Shown: piece after piece, positions 57,380 to 64,000 of the stretch
Position numbering within the stretch: the first letter of the stretch is position 1
Layout of the letters: the number at the start of each line of letters is the position of its first letter
IMG/VR virus record: IMGVR_UViG_3300023184_000042
Span: 1-64,000 of that record
Direction: 5' to 3' (one strand)
Source of the DNA: a virus
DNA length: 64,000 bases
Notes under the pieces: model-generated
What the model saw: only the letters and a program-made list of their open reading frames with translations
What the model was told of the DNA's origin: nothing
Database searches by the model: none
Program-made: the position numbers and the translations under genes

Positions 57380-59254
57380 ATGACACAGACTAAAAAAGAT
57401 ATAAGATATCTTAATAAAGATTTTGGACAGTTCAGAGCAAACTTAATTGAGTTTGCAAAAAATTATTTTCCAAATACTTACAACGATTTTAATGAAACCT
57501 CTCCTGGTATGATGTTTATAGAAATGGCATCTTATGTAGGCGACGTTTTATCATATTATACGGATAATCAATTAAAAGAATCGTTTTTGCAATTTGCAGA
57601 TAATAGGCCTAACATTTTAGCATTAGCACAAAATGTAGGATATAAAACAAAAAACACAATTCCGTCAACAGTTGATTTAGATGTATTTCAATTACTTCCA
57701 GCAAAAAATAGCGCAGAAGGAAAAGTGCCTGATTGGGCTTACACTCTTACATTGAAAGAAAATATGATAATAAGAGATGATAAAACTAATTCAGAGTTTA
57801 GAACGTTATCTTTAGTAAATTTTTCAGTATCTAGTAGTTTTAATCCAACAGAAATTTCTGTATATCAAGTTAATGATGTTGATAATACTCCTGAATATTA
57901 TTTATTAAAAAAGAAAGTTAAAACAATAGCAGGTACAATTCAAACTAAAACTTTTAATTTTGGAAATGCTAAAAGGTTTGATAAAATATTAATTGAAGAC
58001 ACTGATATTATAGAAGTTCTATCAATCACAGACTCTGATAATAATGAATGGATTGAAGTTCCATTTTTAGCTCAAGATATGGTATTTGAAACTATTTCAA
58101 ATACTGTACAAAATGATCCGGAGTTGTCAGCGTATAATGACGTTCCATATCTTTTAAAATTGAAAAAAACTGCTAGAAGATATATAACTAAATTTCGTTC
58201 TGATAAAAATTTAGAAATACAATTTGGACCGGGAGTATCGGATAACGACGATCAAGAATTAATTCCTAATCCTGATAATGTAGGTTCTAGTTTAAATGGA
58301 TTACAAATTCAATTTGATCATCCTATAGATCCTTCAAACTTTATGTATACTAAAACATATGGTATAGCTCCTTCTAATACAACATTAACCGTTAAATATA
58401 CGACAGGTGGAGGACTTAAATCTAATGTATCTGCAAATACATTAAAAAATATTGCTTCTATAGAATATCAAATAGACTCACAAAATTTAGATCCTACATT
58501 AATAGGTAGAATCAAAGCTTCAGTTGCATGTACCAATCCAACTCCAGCAGCTGGAGGTAAAAGTGAAGAAACTTTAGAAGAGATTAGACAAAATGCAATG
58601 GCTACTTTTGCTACTCAACAAAGAGCAATTACTGCACAAGATTATATTATTAGATGTTATTCATTACCTCCTAAATTTGGGTCTGTTGCAAAAGCATATG
58701 TAATTCAAGATCAGCAAATTAATCCTGATAATGGACAGCAAATGATTAATAATCCATTAGCAATTAATTTATATACTTTAGGTTATAATAAAGATGGTAA
58801 TTTAGTTGAATTGAACCCAGCAGTAAAAGAAAATTTAAAAACGTATATTAACCAATATAGAATGTTAACTGATGCTGTAAATATTAAAACAGCGTTTGTA
58901 ATTAATATTGGGATAACGTTTGAAATTATTACTTTACCTGAATATAATTCAAATGAAGTTCTAATTAAATGTGTTGATAAAATGAAGTCAATATTTGACA
59001 GTAAAATGTGGCAAATTAATCAGCCAATAGTAATGTCAAAAATATATACTGAGTTAGATAGAGTTGAAGGTGTTCAATCAGTTACTTCAGTAAAAATATT
59101 AAATTTATATAATACCACAGACGGTTATTCAGGAAATGTATATGATATTCCAGCTGCGACAAAAGCAGGAGTAATTTATCCTTCATTAGACCCAAGTGTT
59201 TTCGAAGTAAAATATCCTAACTCAGATATAGTAGGTAAAGTCGTTTCTCTATAA
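57380..59254 (+). CDS. baseplate wedge protein gp6-like (baseplate J)
   Basis: YLNKDF..FR..L, DFNE.SPG, GGK..ET.EEIR, RAIT..DY. Confidence 0.9.
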   Translation: MTQTKKDIRYLNKDFGQFRANLIEFAKNYFPNTYNDFNETSPGMMFIEMASYVGDVLSYYTDNQLKESFLQFADNRPNILALAQNVGYKTKNTIPSTVDLDVFQLLPAKNSAEGKVPDWAYTLTLKENMIIRDDKTNSEFRTLSLVNFSVSSSFNPTEISVYQVNDVDNTPEYYLLKKKVKTIAGTIQTKTFNFGNAKRFDKILIEDTDIIEVLSITDSDNNEWIEVPFLAQDMVFETISNTVQNDPELSAYNDVPYLLKLKKTARRYITKFRSDKNLEIQFGPGVSDNDDQELIPNPDNVGSSLNGLQIQFDHPIDPSNFMYTKTYGIAPSNTTLTVKYTTGGGLKSNVSANTLKNIASIEYQIDSQNLDPTLIGRIKASVACTNPTPAAGGKSEETLEEIRQNAMATFATQQRAITAQDYIIRCYSLPPKFGSVAKAYVIQDQQINPDNGQQMINNPLAINLYTLGYNKDGNLVELNPAVKENLKTYINQYRMLTDAVNIKTAFVINIGITFEIITLPEYNSNEVLIKCVDKMKSIFDSKMWQINQPIVMSKIYTELDRVEGVQSVTSVKILNLYNTTDGYSGNVYDIPAATKAGVIYPSLDPSVFEVKYPNSDIVGKVVSL

Positions 59255-59265
59255 AAAATTAAATT

Positions 59266-60372
59266 ATGATTTGGTCAATACCAGCATTACAAGATACAAC
59301 CATATATGAAAAAGATCAGTATAGAAATGCAGGTCTAGATCAAATATTAGAACTTCGAAGAGAAGGAAATTTTACTACTAGCAGTTTTACAGAATCTAGG
59401 ATATTAATGAAATTTGATATTTCACAATTACCTACAATATTATCACAAAACGGAATTTCTATAAATGATATATCTGCTAGTTTAAAATTATACACTGCTC
59501 AAGAATATGAACTACCAGCAACTCGTACGATAGAAGTAAAAGCTTTAGTAAATAATTGGAAAAATGGGTCTGGATTTCATTATTTCCCTGCAGGAATTCA
59601 AAATTCAGATTCAACTACAGACGGAGCAACTTGGATTACTACTCAAGGCACTGGATCTGCAATATGGTCAACAGGATCTGGTATTGATACTAATTATAAC
59701 AAAAATCCAGGAGGAGCTTCTTGGTATACTTCTTCTATAGTATCACAATCATTTAGTTACAAAACTCAAGATGATGTTAATTTAGATGTAACTCAAATAG
59801 TAAAAAATTGGGTTAATAATGTATATGACAATAATGGAGTTGCAATTACATTAAAAAATTCAGAATTAACAGGTTCAAATATACCTAATACAAATATTCA
59901 ATTTCATTCCTGCGATACTCATACAGTATACGAACCTCATTTATACATTAGCTGGACTGGAAGTTTAACATATTCAACAGGTAGCTTAGGAGCAATGACT
60001 TTTGAAGACGACCCAATTGTATATGTAAGATCATTCAATGCAGAATTTTTAAAAGATAAAAAGAACAGAATTTTAATTGCATCTAGACCTAAATATCCTA
60101 GACCTGCATTTACTCAAAATTCTACTTTTGCTGGAATTAAAGCATTGCCTAAAAACTCGTATTATCAAATTAAAGATGCTCATAATGATCAAATAATTAT
60201 TCCTTATAGCGAAGCAACTAAAATTAATACAAACACTTCAGGAAGTTATTTTGATTTTTACACTACAATGATGTATCCTGAAAGATATTATAAATTTGAA
60301 ATTCAAGCAAATTTCACAGACTTTACAGATTACTTTTCATCAAATGAATTTATTTTTAAAATAGTTAAATAA
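59266..60372 (+). CDS. baseplate/tail-associated protein (DNRLRE-like beta domain)
   Basis: QDTTIYE..N.GLD.ILE, SRILMKFD, DVTQIV. Confidence 0.6.
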   Translation: MIWSIPALQDTTIYEKDQYRNAGLDQILELRREGNFTTSSFTESRILMKFDISQLPTILSQNGISINDISASLKLYTAQEYELPATRTIEVKALVNNWKNGSGFHYFPAGIQNSDSTTDGATWITTQGTGSAIWSTGSGIDTNYNKNPGGASWYTSSIVSQSFSYKTQDDVNLDVTQIVKNWVNNVYDNNGVAITLKNSELTGSNIPNTNIQFHSCDTHTVYEPHLYISWTGSLTYSTGSLGAMTFEDDPIVYVRSFNAEFLKDKKNRILIASRPKYPRPAFTQNSTFAGIKALPKNSYYQIKDAHNDQIIIPYSEATKINTNTSGSYFDFYTTMMYPERYYKFEIQANFTDFTDYFSSNEFIFKIVK

Positions 60373-60373
60373 A

Positions 60374-61762
60374 ATGGCAATATACGAATTACATGAATTT
60401 GATAAAGATAAAGTATTTACTGGAGAAATTAAACCTTCAAAAGTAGCACATATAAAATATAATCCTTACGAAAAAAATTCTGTAGGGCAGACTGTTATTG
60501 ATATTAATAAAGATTTAAGTCATGTTAGAAATTTTATAAACTTAAATACTACCAAAGCTTCTCAAGAAAAATTTAATCAAGTTGTTGATATTGAAATTAA
60601 AGAATTTTTACCTACTTTAATCGACACTACTATTACAGATTTATCTAATAAAGTTTCTGAATTAGAAGGAGTTAAAGCAGAACTTGAAACAATTCATGTA
60701 TTACATACAGAAAAAATAGATAGATTAAATAATCAAATTGCAACGCTAGAAGCTAAAGCAACAATGACACCTAAGGTATTAGTTAATAAAATACCTGATA
60801 CATTATTAGCAAAAAGTACATTAGTATCTAGTACTGCTAAAGATAGGTTGCTATCTAAAGGTAGACAAGCTATAGCAGTTATTGAAGCTACAGGAAACTT
60901 TACAATATATACAGGAGAGTTTGATGAAAATGGTATACCATTGCCAAATACCACTCCAGAAATTCAATTTCAAAAATCAGTTATTGACAGTGATCAAGTT
61001 AGTTTTGTAAATAGATCATATCCATCATGGGGTTCATTTATAAATACATATGGAATTTGGCCATCAACATCTAATGAAGAAAACACAAACGGCACCTTTA
61101 AAAGATATGTATATATAGAAAAAGACGGTAATTATGGATTTAATACAACTGCTGACAATGCATGTACTGTCTATATAGATAATGTAAAAGTTGCTACGGG
61201 CGAATCATTCAGAGCTAATATACCTAACGTAACTAGTCAAAAAGTTTTATTAACTAAAGGATGGCATGCATTGAAAATTGCATATTATAATGAAACTGGC
61301 CCTGGAGGGTTTGCTTTAACAATCACAGCGCCAGACGGACCGTTAGTGCCAGTAACAAAACAAGTTACTACTAAAGAGTGGGTAAGAGATACAATGGGCG
61401 GTCAATACGGATTTGGCTTTCAGGAATATAAAGATGTTACTAAAACAGTTACTGTAAATGAACCATCTCCGAAAGGTGGAATAATATGGGATACTAGAAC
61501 ATATAAAGCAGCAGATTCTAGAAACTCAACACTTCCTATAGAAGCGAATGGAGCTCCTTACGTAATGTGGATATATCCAGGAGCTACAGATAACGACGGT
61601 CTAGGTCAAATTGAATTAGCTAAAACTAAACCTTCTTGGGAGTTAATGTGGGGTTCAGGAAGAACTAAATTATCAAAATTAGCAAAAGTCGTTTTAGATG
61701 ATAATGGTATTTTAAACCTATATGAAGGAAAATACTTAGTGTGGTCATCATACGCATTTTAA
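60374..61762 (+). CDS. structural protein with coiled coil, PA14-like domain and bulb-lectin-like motifs
   Basis: Y.F.TTADN..TVYIDN..GWH.LKI.YYNE.G; VVLDDNGILNLY..LVWSS. Confidence 0.6.
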   Translation: MAIYELHEFDKDKVFTGEIKPSKVAHIKYNPYEKNSVGQTVIDINKDLSHVRNFINLNTTKASQEKFNQVVDIEIKEFLPTLIDTTITDLSNKVSELEGVKAELETIHVLHTEKIDRLNNQIATLEAKATMTPKVLVNKIPDTLLAKSTLVSSTAKDRLLSKGRQAIAVIEATGNFTIYTGEFDENGIPLPNTTPEIQFQKSVIDSDQVSFVNRSYPSWGSFINTYGIWPSTSNEENTNGTFKRYVYIEKDGNYGFNTTADNACTVYIDNVKVATGESFRANIPNVTSQKVLLTKGWHALKIAYYNETGPGGFALTITAPDGPLVPVTKQVTTKEWVRDTMGGQYGFGFQEYKDVTKTVTVNEPSPKGGIIWDTRTYKAADSRNSTLPIEANGAPYVMWIYPGATDNDGLGQIELAKTKPSWELMWGSGRTKLSKLAKVVLDDNGILNLYEGKYLVWSSYAF

Positions 61763-61808
61763 TACCTACAATCTTTAACTTTAATATTTATATTAAAGAC
61801 AAATATAA

Positions 61809-64000
61809 ATGCTGACAGTTTACACAAATCAGAATGAAATTCTAAAATCAACCGGAGCTACTCAAGGTTCTAGGTTAGAAACTGTTGATAAAGAACTTCT
61901 TGATGTAAGGAATTTCGCTATTACATTTAATAAAGGAACTCTCCCTAATTTAGAGATGCACGTCTATACACCAGACGGAGTATATTTAACAGGAAATCAC
62001 AAAACTTTATACAAGATTGAAAACAATGATACTACCTCTCAAAAGGTAGCATATCAACATTTATCAATAGACAATGTAAAAGAGTTAGATGCTTTAGGAA
62101 TTTCTAGAGGTCAGTATAAAATTGTATATAATTTATTTGATAACCTTTTAGGTTCATATGAAGGGCAAAAAGCTTTTATAAAAGAAATATCTCCTTCTAG
62201 AAGAGAATTAAGAGTTCAGCTATCACAATCAAGTCCAGGTCTTTTATCTCAATTAAAATCTTTTAAAAATAGATGGGAGCAATTAACTAATGATGATATT
62301 TTTGATTCATTTGTTATTAACTTTGGATTTAACGAAACTTATCAAATTATTAATTTAAGATTTGATACAGATTCTGACATACCTGAAATTGTCGTAAAAC
62401 TTTACGAGCCACTTACTTCTAAATTTGGAGAAAAATCTAAAATTTGGTTTTCGGAAGAAATTTTAGTACCTATAATAGAGTCTGTATCTATTGTACCAAA
62501 ACATATAGGAGACCCTGTTAATACATTAGCTGCTCCTAATTTTGAATTAGAAGGAACTGACGGAGGTTCAATTGCTACTAATTTTAAATCTTGGAATGAT
62601 TTACTATCTGAAAATATGTCTACTTCTCAACAGCTAGTAGATAACTATTTTTCAGGGTCTTTATCTGGAATTAAATTACATATAAATTACAGAGACTTTT
62701 CTAGCTTTATTCATTATGGGTCAGCAGTAGAAAGAGTTAAGAATTTCAAATATAAATTAGAGTTAATTGAATATTTTACAGGACAATTAGATTCTTTAAA
62801 ATCTATAGGAGATACTGAAGTCGTTAATGTTAATATACAAGACACTTATCAAAAACGAAACCGAGTAGTTTCAGGATTCGATGATTTTGAAAAATATTTA
62901 TTTTTTGAAAATTCAGGAAGTGCATTATATTCTCATGTAGATAATACTTCAGGTTCTATTAATCCATGGCCTAAAAAAGGAATTTCAAATACTACTTATA
63001 CTTGGGCAGCTGCTTTTGAATATTGGAGTCAAGCTTACACGACATGGAATACATATGCTTCATATGATCCTTATAGTTATTTCGCAGACATAGCAGAAAC
63101 AACATCTACTGCGGGTACAGACTATTACTATAATTTGCTAGAACAAGCTGAAATCTACGATAAATTTAATGTGCATGCCTTAACAAATACAGTGCCAATG
63201 CAAATTCAAAATTCGTCTGATGGTGAAGATTATGCATTGTTTGTAAACATGATATCGCAGCATTTTGATATTTTATGGACTTACATTAATAATTTAACTT
63301 CTATAAAATATAGAGAAGAACACCCTAAAGATGGTATGCCTGATGATTTACTTTATCACGTTGCAAACTCAATGGGATTCAGTCTATTAAATGGTAAATC
63401 TACTTCTGAATTATGGAAATATTCGTTAGGTACAAATTCAGACGGAACTTTAAATTCAGATTCAATAGCAAATGTTAATACTTTATCTGACGAATCTAAT
63501 ACCAAAGAAGTTTGGAGAAGAATTGTAAATAATTTACCTTATATATTAAAAACAAAAGGAACGTCTAGAGCAATTAAAGCTTTAATGACCTGTTTTGGTA
63601 TACCACAATCCGTATTAACTATTAAAGAATATGGCGGGCCTTCTACATTCACAGACAATGACCATTTTCCAGAATATGTTCATGATGTGTATCATAAAGC
63701 ATGGAATGCAAATGGATTAACTAATTTACGTCTCCCAGGAAATAATTTAGATAACGGGACTGGAACTTTAGTAACTCCTAATACATTAGAATTTAGATTT
63801 AAAACAGATAATAATTATACATATGACTATGGCAATTCATATACAATATTACAAACACAAAATAGTGTCGTAACATTACAACGTCAAAATAATTACAATA
63901 ATTTAGGTTCAATAATTTATACTGATAGTACTAATACTATTCAAGTTAATAATCTAGAAATATTTGATAACAGCTGGCATTTGTTAACAATAGATCAAAC
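61809..64000 (+). CDS. large baseplate wedge protein (gp7-like), truncated at window end
   Basis: frame MLTVYTNQNE... appears open to the edge; EISPSRREL, LPYILKTKGTSRAIKALMTCFGIP..L.IKEYGG. Confidence 0.75.
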   Translation, partial: MLTVYTNQNEILKSTGATQGSRLETVDKELLDVRNFAITFNKGTLPNLEMHVYTPDGVYLTGNHKTLYKIENNDTTSQKVAYQHLSIDNVKELDALGISRGQYKIVYNLFDNLLGSYEGQKAFIKEISPSRRELRVQLSQSSPGLLSQLKSFKNRWEQLTNDDIFDSFVINFGFNETYQIINLRFDTDSDIPEIVVKLYEPLTSKFGEKSKIWFSEEILVPIIESVSIVPKHIGDPVNTLAAPNFELEGTDGGSIATNFKSWNDLLSENMSTSQQLVDNYFSGSLSGIKLHINYRDFSSFIHYGSAVERVKNFKYKLELIEYFTGQLDSLKSIGDTEVVNVNIQDTYQKRNRVVSGFDDFEKYLFFENSGSALYSHVDNTSGSINPWPKKGISNTTYTWAAAFEYWSQAYTTWNTYASYDPYSYFADIAETTSTAGTDYYYNLLEQAEIYDKFNVHALTNTVPMQIQNSSDGEDYALFVNMISQHFDILWTYINNLTSIKYREEHPKDGMPDDLLYHVANSMGFSLLNGKSTSELWKYSLGTNSDGTLNSDSIANVNTLSDESNTKEVWRRIVNNLPYILKTKGTSRAIKALMTCFGIPQSVLTIKEYGGPSTFTDNDHFPEYVHDVYHKAWNANGLTNLRLPGNNLDNGTGTLVTPNTLEFRFKTDNNYTYDYGNSYTILQTQNSVVTLQRQNNYNNLGSIIYTDSTNTIQVNNLEIFDNSWHLLTIDQ

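Noticed and set aside
1330-60954. Minus-strand ORFs in the track (e.g. 13990..14475, 14796..15236, 30628..31029) and plus-strand 11501..11731
   Set aside because: They overlap better-supported plus-strand genes and show no motifs

Overview
A 64-kb, AT-rich, almost entirely plus-strand segment of a large contractile-tailed (T4-like baseplate) dsDNA phage. The host is most probably Bacteroidota: Bacteroidota-type -33/-7 promoters, no obvious Shine-Dalgarno sites, a DUF4494-like gene, and a lipoprotein with D-S/T-X sequons. Layout: (i) 3.0-16.3 kb, a late block of about 17 otherwise unrelated ORFs sharing one of two N-terminal leaders (MIKLKDLLxE or MKKSELRxLIREEV), several with ADP-ribosyltransferase or Cys-His-Asp motifs, probably capsid-packaged injected effectors. 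(ii) Two TATATA/palindrome-rich non-coding regions flanking a MoxR AAA+/VWA-peptidase pair, where the dense early promoters begin (possible genome end). (iii) An early/middle region with ThyA, DNA ligase, ClpP-like, GH73 and RNA-repair genes. (iv) A tRNA array of about 25 genes covering all 20 amino acids, with non-canonical tRNAs, a possible leader-peptide attenuator, structured spacers, and a 303-aa helical ORF followed by a ~340-nt structured RNA with hexamer repeats. (v) RNA ligase, UvsE, a gp55-like late sigma factor and baseplate genes running off the right edge. All calls come from manual motif and pairing inspection; no database searches were run.
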